Shown here piece by piece: positions 1 through 7,105 of a stretch of 33,851 nucleotides of DNA; positions within the stretch are counted from its first letter, which is position 1, and every line of letters begins with the position of its first letter. The stretch comes from a virus (Duplodnaviria; Caudoviricetes), in the IMG/VR virus record IMGVR_UViG_3300023283_000166, positions 1-33,851 of that record. One strand, written 5' to 3'. Under the pieces are notes generated by a model. That model saw nothing but the letters and a program-made list of their open reading frames with translations, was not told where the DNA came from and did not search any database. A program made the translations under genes and the position numbers.

Positions 1-9
1 ATATCACTA

Positions 10-126
10 TCATGACACAAACCTGTTGCGATACACTAGCCAGACGATGGCCTGTAGTTGACACGCAACATATCCCACCGGCCAAAGGATGTAGGTAAAT
101 TTGGTTATGTAGGTAAATTTGGTCAT
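10..126 (-). CDS. 38-aa hypothetical peptide (not in ORF track)
   Basis: Translated by hand: MTKFTYITKFTYILWPVGYVACQLQAIVWLVYRNRFVS, followed by in-frame TGA TAG TGA. It has the same 17-nt leader with GAGGA Shine-Dalgarno as the 148-651 gene. Confidence 0.6.
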   Translation of the reverse strand: MTKFTYITKFTYILWPVGYVACQLQAIVWLVYRNRFVS

Positions 127-129
127 GGC

Positions 130-146
130 GTCCTCGTGAGTTTGTG
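130..146 (-). promoter_or_regulatory. Repeated translation leader CACAAACTCACGAGGAC, copy A
   Basis: Identical to 655-671; both copies lie 3 nt before an ATG and contain GAGGA. Confidence 0.8.
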
Positions 147-147
147 G

Positions 148-651
148 TTATGGGTCGATGCGGGCGAGCCGCCCAGTGCGGTAAAGAGCGAGCATGATCG
201 CCCGCGCCGCCGACGCCGCCGACCGAGCCAAGACCGGGCCGCCGCCAAACGCCGGAGTAACGCGCCAAGTCGCGCTGCTCGGCATTGTGACAACGACCGT
301 TCCCCCGATGGTGGTGAGGGGTTCGCCGTCGCCGGGGCGCTTGGCGCGTATGAGCGCCTCATACGCGCCAAGACTGGCAACGATCCACGCGTTATACTCC
401 CCATTTATGAGTTTTCCGGGCACGTTTATGCTGTCGCCGGCACGCGCTAGCTCACACGCCACAGCAAAAGCGGCCTGCTCGGTCGTGTGCGCGATGATTG
501 GGTCCGCGCCGTCTGTGCGAACCTCATAGGTGCCACCCGCCATGCATGCTGCCGATACCGTCGTGCCGTTGTCGCCCAGCCACACGTGGTATTCGCCTGG
601 GCGGACCGTCGCTCGTATCTTATTATCGATGTGCTCAAATTTGCGCGTCAT
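148..651 (-). CDS. Hypothetical protein, 167 aa (early/accessory cassette)
   Basis: ATG preceded by GAGGA leader; no motif recognised. Confidence 0.75.
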   Translation of the reverse strand: MTRKFEHIDNKIRATVRPGEYHVWLGDNGTTVSAACMAGGTYEVRTDGADPIIAHTTEQAAFAVACELARAGDSINVPGKLINGEYNAWIVASLGAYEALIRAKRPGDGEPLTTIGGTVVVTMPSSATWRVTPAFGGGPVLARSAASAARAIMLALYRTGRLARIDP

Positions 652-654
652 TTT

Positions 655-671
655 GTCCTCGTGAGTTTGTG
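655..671 (-). promoter_or_regulatory. Repeated translation leader CACAAACTCACGAGGAC, copy B
   Basis: Exact 17-bp match to 130-146. Confidence 0.8.
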
Positions 672-679
672 CGCACGCC

Positions 680-937
680 GTCAGGCGGCGCGCCTCAGAT
701 ATAGGTAGGCATGGACGCGATGGGCGTGCCGTCGTTATACATGCACAGCCCGCGCCCAGTCATGTGTACTACTGCGTATCCCCAAGGGGCACAACCGCCG
801 CGTCAATCTGCGGGTTATACCGCTCATAGCGTGCGTTGTAGTATTTTACTACGCCATATGGTTTAGTCATGGTCTTCGCCGTTTGTGTGTTTGAGTGAGT
901 GTGTTGCATGACTGTAGTATCGTCCATTCCGCAAGCA
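680..937. repeat. Diverged direct repeat of 33539-33851
   Basis: Identical except for a 55-bp deletion between 803 and 804 (equals 33663-33717) and two adjacent substitutions (caatctgcggg vs caatccgtggg). Confidence 0.95.
695..870 (-). pseudogene. Frameshifted copy of the 76-aa gene at 33554-33784
   Basis: The 55-bp deletion gives MTKPYGVVKYYNARYERYNPQIDAAVVPLGDTQ* (stop at 769-771); the original C-terminal codons survive down to TGA at 695-697. Confidence 0.8.
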
Positions 938-938
938 A
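911..938 (-). promoter_or_regulatory. Candidate sigma70-type promoter TTGCTT-N16-TACAGT
   Basis: -35 and -10-like hexamers about 40 nt upstream of ATG 870; part of the duplicated unit. Confidence 0.5.
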
Positions 939-1008
939 AATCAAGCCCCCAAATGTAACTGACTTGTAACGTCCTCGAAAAATGACGTTAATTTTCAAGC
1001 CTTTACGT

Positions 1009-1025
1009 AGCAAACATCGTGCCAA
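1009..1025 (-). promoter_or_regulatory. Sigma-54 -24/-12 box
   Basis: Minus strand TTGGCACGATGTTTGCT, an exact match to TGGCACG-N4-TTGCW. Confidence 0.8.
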
Positions 1026-1037
1026 GTCTGACGCCCC

Positions 1038-1060
1038 CGGCACGATATTAGCATCGTGCC
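1038..1060 (+). promoter_or_regulatory. Degenerate sigma-54 box within an inverted repeat
   Basis: CGGCACGATATTAGCA at 1038-1053; dyad GGCACGAT-N6-ATCGTGCC at 1039-1060. Confidence 0.5.
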
Positions 1061-1149
1061 GCAAATCACCGCGCCGCCCGCCCAAGGTTGGGCCGCAAAA
1101 CCCGTACCAACTTCATTTCCGCCTTCATTTCCACGCGGCGCGTTCGGGT

Positions 1150-1166
1150 TTGGCACGATGTTTGCT
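1150..1166 (+). promoter_or_regulatory. Sigma-54 -24/-12 box
   Basis: TTGGCACGATGTTTGCT, the same 17-mer as the minus-strand box at 1009-1025. Confidence 0.8.
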
Positions 1167-1187
1167 GTGTTGAAACTAGACTCGTTT

Positions 1188-1232
1188 TGAGTCTCAAAAT
1201 GGGTCTCAAAATGAGACTCAAAATGGGTCTCA
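1188..1232. repeat. Four 9-bp dyad units TGRGWCTCA at a 12-bp period
   Basis: TGAGTCTCA-aaa-TGGGTCTCA-aaa-TGAGACTCA-aaa-TGGGTCTCA. Confidence 0.9.
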
Positions 1233-1257
1233 GTTTGAGGCGCAATAACGGACATTG

Positions 1258-1366
1258 GAACCGATTCACCCGCCCCGAACCGATTCACCCGCCCCGAACC
1301 GATTCACCCGCCCCGAACCGATTCACCCGCCCCGAACCGATTCACCCGCCCCGAACCGATTCACCC
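1258..1366 (+). repeat. Tandem 19-bp iteron-like repeat GAACCGATTCACCCGCCCC (5 full copies plus a 14-nt partial)
   Basis: Perfect units start at 1258, 1277, 1296, 1315, 1334 and 1353; no spacers. Confidence 0.95.
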
Positions 1367-1375
1367 TTTTCGGGT

Positions 1376-1409
1376 TTTTGTCCACCTACTATAAAGTTAC
1401 CACTAGTAT
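1376..1409 (+). promoter_or_regulatory. 34-bp dispersed element, copy 1
   Basis: TTTTGTCCACCTACTATAAAGTTACCACTAGTAT, identical to 28049-28082. Confidence 0.85.
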
Positions 1410-1550
1410 GCTAGCGGGGGTAGGACGGTTTACAGGAAAGTCGTGGATTGCATCCGCAGCCGAGGGGCGGGGGCACAGGGGGCGCGGCGCCCCGTGGTGT
1501 CCATCAGAGACGCCCGCCCATCAAAATTATGCGTCCAAGCTTCGCACTTC

Positions 1551-1566
1551 GGGCGCGGTTTTTGCC
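1551..1566 (+). promoter_or_regulatory. Degenerate sigma-54 box
   Basis: GGGCGCG-GTTT-TTGCC keeps GG-N10-GC spacing, about 45 bp upstream of ATG 1610. Confidence 0.35.
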
Positions 1567-1609
1567 ACATTCAGAACACGCGCCCTACCGGCCCGTATGA
1601 AATTATCCG

Positions 1610-1843
1610 ATGACCGTCATGGAAATGGAATGGGATGCTGAGTTGCCCGAGGGCGTTATCTTTGAGATCGCCCCCGGCAACCTCGACTTCACGATTGCCG
1701 AGATCTTGACCGGCGCGGAGATGCTCTGCGCTGAGCTTGAATGCCCTGTATACGTCTTCGGGGCGATGCAGGTGTACTACGTGACAGTATCGCCACAAAA
1801 ACCACATCCACACGCCAAGCTGATTCTAATATGCCAACCCTAG
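1610..1843 (+). CDS. Hypothetical protein, 77 aa
   Basis: First ORF of the plus-strand arm; overlaps the start of the next gene. Confidence 0.6.
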   Translation: MTVMEMEWDAELPEGVIFEIAPGNLDFTIAEILTGAEMLCAELECPVYVFGAMQVYYVTVSPQKPHPHAKLILICQP

Positions 1844-2745
1844 ACGACAGACTAGACGACAGAAGAAAGTACATCGGCGGGGGCGACGCTTGCGCGCTCC
1901 TTGGTCTAAACGATTACGATTCTGTTCTTAAGCTATTCAGAAAAAAAATAGGCGAGGAACTGGACGACCCCGAAAATTTTCACATGGAGAGGGGAAATAT
2001 AATCGAACCCATCGTGGAGCAGTGGGTGAAGGAAAATGCCGACGGCAGTGTAAACGGGCGGCGCCACTACGAAGAGTGGTGTCCCGAAATTTTGCCAAAA
2101 TACGACCGGGCGGCGCTAGAACGCGAGTCCGGGATAGACTCCCGCCCGCCGCAGATAGCGGTGGTTCACCCGGACATGCCCTATGTCGGCGGCCATCCGG
2201 ACGGAGTTGGCGACGAAACAATATGGGAGTTCAAAGCTCCGGCGCCCCGCAGTCTCGGATATATCCTCAAGGAAGGCGTTAACAAATGCTGGATGTATCA
2301 AGTCCAGCATTATCTATTCTGCACGGGCAAGCCCAAGGGCGTAATCGCAGTTTGGGATTTCGACAAGTGGGAACCCATTTTATTCCCCGTGACGCCTAAC
2401 GCTTACATACATGACCATTTCGCCAAGGTGTACCCGTATTTTTGGCATCATGTGAAAATGGGCATACCGCCCGCCCCGTGGAGCGAGCCCGTATCAGAGC
2501 ACTTTCGCCATATCTCTGATCCTGAACTGGATCGTTTGTGTGAGATGTACGAGGAAGCCAAAGCGCGCAGGTACGAGGGGGAAGACCAGCAGTCCCGCGT
2601 GAAGGGGACGCTCCTTAGCGTACTCGACGGGCCCGGGCGCGTGGAAACGGACAACTGGTATATCAATGCGTCAGAATACAAGCGCTACGGGTCGGCGTAT
2701 GTGCGGCTCATTGTACGGCCAAAGAATCCCCCGGCGGAATCCTAG
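1831..2745 (+). CDS. YqaJ-like (lambda exonuclease family) recombination exonuclease
   Basis: RRKYIGGGDACALLG N-terminus, G..IEP, HPDG..WEFK and QVQHY motifs; start moved to ATG 1831. Confidence 0.9.
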   Translation: MPTLDDRLDDRRKYIGGGDACALLGLNDYDSVLKLFRKKIGEELDDPENFHMERGNIIEPIVEQWVKENADGSVNGRRHYEEWCPEILPKYDRAALERESGIDSRPPQIAVVHPDMPYVGGHPDGVGDETIWEFKAPAPRSLGYILKEGVNKCWMYQVQHYLFCTGKPKGVIAVWDFDKWEPILFPVTPNAYIHDHFAKVYPYFWHHVKMGIPPAPWSEPVSEHFRHISDPELDRLCEMYEEAKARRYEGEDQQSRVKGTLLSVLDGPGRVETDNWYINASEYKRYGSAYVRLIVRPKNPPAES

Positions 2746-2876
2746 GATACCACGGGCCGGGGCGGCGTCCCGGTGATGCAGTTCCTTGTACACAAAATCA
2801 GACGCGTCTGTCCTTAAAACTGTACTAATCCGGATCTAATTTCGCCTTATCAAGCCTTATGCGCACAGTTTGGAAC

Positions 2877-2893
2877 TTGGCACGATGCTTGCT
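2877..2893 (+). promoter_or_regulatory. Sigma-54 -24/-12 box upstream of ssb
   Basis: TTGGCACGATGCTTGCT, ending 37 bp before ATG 2931. Confidence 0.8.
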
Positions 2894-2930
2894 GTACTTA
2901 GGGCGACCTAACAACCAAACCGGAAATACA

Positions 2931-3347
2931 ATGGCACGTGGAATCAACAAAGTCATCCTTATCGGCAACCTGGGCCAGGTCCCGGAACTGCACTACACCG
3001 CCGGCGGCACCCCCGTGTGCAACATGCGGCTGGCCACGAACGACTCGTACAAAGACACCAACGGCGAACTCGTCGAAAGGACTGAGTGGCACACGCTCGT
3101 TGCTTGGGCGCGTCTGGCTGAGATCCTGAGCGAGTACGCTTCCAAGGGGAGCCAATTGTACGTTGAGGGTTCGCTCCAGACGCGATCATGGGAAGACCGC
3201 GAGGGCAACACCCGGTACACCACGGAAGTGGTGGTTCGCAACTTCACCTTCTTGGGGCGCGCACCGGCTGCCCGGTCTAACGGCCACGGCGACGCCGAGA
3301 CCGGCCCGCCCGCCGCCGCAGTGGGCAAGGACGATTTGCCGTTCTAA
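2931..3347 (+). CDS. ssb: Single-stranded DNA-binding protein
   Basis: MARGINKVILIGNLG, TEWH, VEGSLQTRSW, YTTEV and the acidic DDLPF tail. Confidence 0.97.
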   Translation: MARGINKVILIGNLGQVPELHYTAGGTPVCNMRLATNDSYKDTNGELVERTEWHTLVAWARLAEILSEYASKGSQLYVEGSLQTRSWEDREGNTRYTTEVVVRNFTFLGRAPAARSNGHGDAETGPPAAAVGKDDLPF

Positions 3348-3350
3348 CGA

Positions 3351-3389
3351 GTCCGCAGGGGCGGCGGCTCGCCCGCCGCCCCTGCGGAC
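3351..3389. other. Perfect 17-bp GC-rich stem-loop without a U-tract
   Basis: GTCCGCAGGGGCGGCGG-ctcgc-CCGCCGCCCCTGCGGAC directly after the ssb stop. Confidence 0.85.
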
Positions 3390-3411
3390 CTAGAAACAAC
3401 CGAGGCAGACG

Positions 3412-4089
3412 ATGACAACGAATTACCAGGAGATACTAAGACGTCTCGCCGAGCCGTTTCCGGCTAGCGAGATTCAGGCGCGTCCCCTTGTCGTCTCGAA
3501 GAAGACGCGCCACGGCCTGGCGGCATTTTACGTTGACAATCGGGCCGTCATGGGGCGGCTGGACGAAACCTGCGTGTGGAAAAACGAGTTCGCGGGGGGA
3601 CCCGCCGGCGGCTTGCTGTGTGGTATCTCTATTCTGGTTGACACCGGGAGCGGGTTGGAATGGATCACGCGATGGGACGGTGCCGAAAACACCGACGTCG
3701 AATCGGTCAAAGGCGGCCTCAGTGGATCCATGCGGCGGGCGGCCAACCAATGGGGTATTGGCCGGTACCTCTATGACGTGGAGCCTATATGGGCACCCGT
3801 GGATGAGAGGGGGCGGTTTAAAGCCGCTCCCAAACTGCCGGGGCGGTATCTACCTGCCCGGGACGACGGGCGGGACCGCCGCGCAACGACCGTTAAAGCG
3901 GATCCGGCCCCGGCGGCAGACGCCGCCGACGAGAAGCCCAAGTTGCGGACGCTAAGCAGCAGCCAATTGGCCGCCCTCGAAGCCGCGTCGAAGAACAAGG
4001 CCCGGAAGCGGGTCTCCGATCTGTATAAGAAATTTCAGACCGGAGACCTAGACGCCGATGAGCTTGTAGCGCGTGTCGGGGGGCTGTAG
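3412..4089 (+). CDS. Rad52/Rad22-family (Sak-like) single-strand annealing protein
   Basis: LAEPF, YVDNRAVMGRLD, WITRWDGA and KGGLSGSMRRAANQWGIGRYLY; next to the exonuclease and ssb. Confidence 0.9.
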   Translation: MTTNYQEILRRLAEPFPASEIQARPLVVSKKTRHGLAAFYVDNRAVMGRLDETCVWKNEFAGGPAGGLLCGISILVDTGSGLEWITRWDGAENTDVESVKGGLSGSMRRAANQWGIGRYLYDVEPIWAPVDERGRFKAAPKLPGRYLPARDDGRDRRATTVKADPAPAADAADEKPKLRTLSSSQLAALEAASKNKARKRVSDLYKKFQTGDLDADELVARVGGL

Positions 4090-4521
4090 ATGAGAGATGT
4101 ATTACCGCAGGACGTCCCCGGGCCGGGGACGTACGATTTTACGCTGGCAAAGGCGGGCATCTCCCGGGCCGGGCGCCGCGCCGTGGCGGTGGCACACTTC
4201 CTCATAGACGCCGGGCAGTTCAGGGGCAAGCGAGTGTCGTGCGTGATCACGCACAACAAATATCGCAAGCTCATGGGGCCGGCGGCGGGCGGCGCGGGCG
4301 CGGAGGCAAGCGAAATGGCCGTGAAACTGAACCGCCACCGCCTGAAGCTTCGATGTAGCGGCGAACTGGCAGTCAGGCGGCTATCGCCGGGCTCCTCGCA
4401 CGACGAAGGCCCCCGTAATGTCGTCATTTCATACGACATTACGGGATTCGCTCCCCCCAAAGGAGATTCAGAACTGGACATTATCTTGGCTCGCCCCAAG
4501 GCCAAGTTTAAAAGGCAGTGA
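4090..4521 (+). CDS. Hypothetical protein, 143 aa
   Basis: Abuts the upstream stop; GTGA overlap with the next gene. Confidence 0.7.
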   Translation: MRDVLPQDVPGPGTYDFTLAKAGISRAGRRAVAVAHFLIDAGQFRGKRVSCVITHNKYRKLMGPAAGGAGAEASEMAVKLNRHRLKLRCSGELAVRRLSPGSSHDEGPRNVVISYDITGFAPPKGDSELDIILARPKAKFKRQ

Positions 4522-4943
4522 CGGCGTCGCAATACATACGCTGGCTGCCCAACAGCATAACCAAGCACGTGTCGGCGCCGAATATAGTCCGCGTGCCGGC
4601 GGCGAGCTTCCGGGGGCGCTATGTGTCGCCGCGCCCCTCGTATCGGGGGATGGACGCCCAAAGAGGCATCATACTACTGTCCGAGGGCGCCTGCGAAAGC
4701 ACTATCGCCCACGAATGGCGGCACCACTGGCAGAACGACGCCGGGTGGACGTGGTCACATAAAAAGTTTGATCGCTCGCTCTCATATGTGGACGCCGTTG
4801 TACAATATTTTAGACAGCCGCACGAGTTCGACGCGCTCGTGTTTCAGCACAAAATAGCACCCACAGCCGTAACGTCCTTCCGTTTGAGTTGCGTCTGCCC
4901 GCCCCTGTCGCTATCAGGACGCATATACTCGTTACCACTATAA
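4518..4943 (+). CDS. Small HEXXH (zincin-like) protein
   Basis: TIAHEWRHHWQ with a downstream PHEFDA glutamate. Confidence 0.6.
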   Translation: MTASQYIRWLPNSITKHVSAPNIVRVPAASFRGRYVSPRPSYRGMDAQRGIILLSEGACESTIAHEWRHHWQNDAGWTWSHKKFDRSLSYVDAVVQYFRQPHEFDALVFQHKIAPTAVTSFRLSCVCPPLSLSGRIYSLPL

Positions 4944-4961
4944 CCAGACCGGATAACCGCG

Positions 4962-5177
4962 ATGAACTATCACTACTATGTTTTGGTACTAGGCGACAAG
5001 CCGCATATTTTCCATCGAGGGGGCGGGGTGGTGACACTCAACCCCATGAGCGCGTATAGATACCCCGACGCGAAAATAGCCGCACTGTCGGCTGCGGCAC
5101 TAAACGATAAGCACGGCGCCGACTTCGTCCCTGCCGCGCTAAAGGTAACCGTCGAAGATCCGGTCGCCGAAGAATAA
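4962..5177 (+). CDS. Hypothetical protein, 71 aa
   Basis: Fills the gap in the co-directional operon. Confidence 0.6.
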   Translation: MNYHYYVLVLGDKPHIFHRGGGVVTLNPMSAYRYPDAKIAALSAAALNDKHGADFVPAALKVTVEDPVAEE

Positions 5178-5257
5178 CCGGCGACGGATTCCGTCCGGAA
5201 CGGTATTTGATGCGACGGACGTGCGCGGGACACGTGGTAACCAACCCGGGCTAACTC

Positions 5258-7105
5258 ATGAAACTTCGCCCCTATCAAAGAGAGACGCACGACTCGTTGC
5301 GAGAACACTACGAGCGCGGCCTAAACAGGCTGCTCGTGAGGCTCTTCACCGGAGCCGGGAAGACCTCGGCCATTGCGGCCAAGCTGCCGGAAACGTTTCC
5401 GGTGCTTGCGCGGTACGGCGTCCTCTTTCTTTCACATCGCCGGGAGATATTGCAGCAGGCGTATGCCGTTTTTGAGGCGTCATATGCTGGGTTTAAGTGG
5501 TGTGGGATTGACATGGGCGAGCGAGAGGCGACGGGCCTCGAAGATTTCGTCTTCGGGTCCTTCGATGCGCTCGGGCGGCTGACGTCAAACCGCATCCTGA
5601 AGTACTCCCGCCGCTATTTTGGCATAGTGATCGTGGACGAGGGGCACCACGCCACTAAAGAGGGGACGTGGGACAACGTCCTTAATTACTTCGGCGTTGG
5701 GTCGGATAAGACGCAGCACATCCGGCTGCCGGGTAGCAATCTTAAGCCCCTCAGCGTGTTCCTGACGGCGACGCCACAGCGTCACGACGGACGTCCACTC
5801 CATCCCTTTCTGGATGCGGTCGCAGCCGATTATGATATCCGCTATGCCATCCGCGAGGGGTGGCTAACGGACATTATGGCTTACCGCGCCACCTTCGACG
5901 CCTTCGATTATGATAAAATGTCCGACGCCGAACAAACGGACTTCATCATAAAAATGTGGGAGCGCTATGCGAAAGGGATGCGTACCCTTGTTTTTGCGCG
6001 GAGTGTAGATCAATCCGCGCTAATCGCCGGGACGATCAACAAGTTCTTCGCCGGGGAAGGCCACAAGGCCGCGCACGTCTCATCTCGCGGGGTGTTTGGT
6101 CCCGACGGGCTGGAAGCGGCTACCGAAAACGAACTTCGGGAATGTATAGTGGACCGGTTTGGGCTTCCATACGGCGATCCCGACGCCATAGACGTGTGTT
6201 CCAACCGTCTAATCTTCACCGAGGGGTATGACAACCGGCGCATACAGGCAATCATAGACAACGCGCCGACGCAAAGTCAGGTTTTATACTTACAAAAAAT
6301 CGGGCGCGGCCTACGACCGTCGCAGGACGCTCGTGTTGACGATCACGTCACGGCTCGCGCTCGCCGGGAAGCGATCCGAAAGAGCCAAAAGCCATTCTTG
6401 GTGTGGCTGACGACATATCCGCCGGCGCACGGGCTCGACATGCCCGCCGCCGTCTTTGCCGTGCCGGAAAACATAAAGCTGGACGGCGCTATGACGCTGG
6501 CCGAGATCGTGGACATCATAGAGAACGAAGAACGCGAGATGCCAGAGGCCCCCGCTCGCAGTCTCGACGAGTTTGGCAACATCAATATCCAATTGAGGCG
6601 CGTAGACGTTTGGACACAAACCGTCTACAATGATGAGCTAAAGGCGCTATCGCCGCTGCGATGGGTGTACAACAAGGGCACGGACGGGCAAGAGTGGATC
6701 GCGTTACGCATCCCGCGTAACGCGATGGCGACGTCGGCGAACGAGAAAACGCCCGCTATTCTGCAGTGGTACGGTGTCGATGGTGGATATAGAGCGCGGG
6801 TCATAACTGAGGGCGGCTGGGTGGATCAACTGGGCCGCCCGGTCCGGCCCACGGTACGAGAGTTTACCAACGTCGTCCCGGATATGAATAGCGCCGTGCA
6901 GAATACAGACGCCTGGCTGAAGGGCAGGGACCCGCTCTTGTACGCTGAGGTGCAACGCCACGGAACGGCCCCGGCGGGCGAAAAGGTGAAGGCGTATTTG
7001 CGCCGTAACAATGTGCCGTTTAAGGATGACATGCTCAGCGAAGAAACCGCCGCGATCCTCGTAGACAACTTCAAAATAAGAAAGAAACTGGCAGATGTCT
7101 TATAA
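5258..7105 (+). CDS. Superfamily 2 DExH helicase (ResIII/Irc3-like)
   Basis: LRPYQ, TGAGKT, DEGHH, TATP, FTEGYD and QKIGRGLR motifs. Confidence 0.93.
   Translation: MKLRPYQRETHDSLREHYERGLNRLLVRLFTGAGKTSAIAAKLPETFPVLARYGVLFLSHRREILQQAYAVFEASYAGFKWCGIDMGEREATGLEDFVFGSFDALGRLTSNRILKYSRRYFGIVIVDEGHHATKEGTWDNVLNYFGVGSDKTQHIRLPGSNLKPLSVFLTATPQRHDGRPLHPFLDAVAADYDIRYAIREGWLTDIMAYRATFDAFDYDKMSDAEQTDFIIKMWERYAKGMRTLVFARSVDQSALIAGTINKFFAGEGHKAAHVSSRGVFGPDGLEAATENELRECIVDRFGLPYGDPDAIDVCSNRLIFTEGYDNRRIQAIIDNAPTQSQVLYLQKIGRGLRPSQDARVDDHVTARARREAIRKSQKPFLVWLTTYPPAHGLDMPAAVFAVPENIKLDGAMTLAEIVDIIENEEREMPEAPARSLDEFGNINIQLRRVDVWTQTVYNDELKALSPLRWVYNKGTDGQEWIALRIPRNAMATSANEKTPAILQWYGVDGGYRARVITEGGWVDQLGRPVRPTVREFTNVVPDMNSAVQNTDAWLKGRDPLLYAEVQRHGTAPAGEKVKAYLRRNNVPFKDDMLSEETAAILVDNFKIRKKLADVL

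Noticed and set aside
680-937. True terminal direct repeat or assembly overlap
   Set aside because: The copies differ, and this copy starts 679 bp inside the window.
1258-1366. CRISPR or mini-array (GAACCG resembles a type I-E repeat end)
   Set aside because: Units are contiguous with no spacers, only 19 bp long, and there are no cas genes.
995-1641. ORFs 995-1288, 1088-1414 and 1255-1641 with repetitive peptides
   Set aside because: The peptide repeats are by-products of the 12-bp and 19-bp DNA repeats; 19 is not a multiple of 3 and no clear RBS is present.
2932-2947. Additional TGGCAC hits inside genes (e.g. 2932, 3087, 4190, 14743, 29742)
   Set aside because: No TTGC at the required spacing, so they were not counted as sigma-54 boxes.
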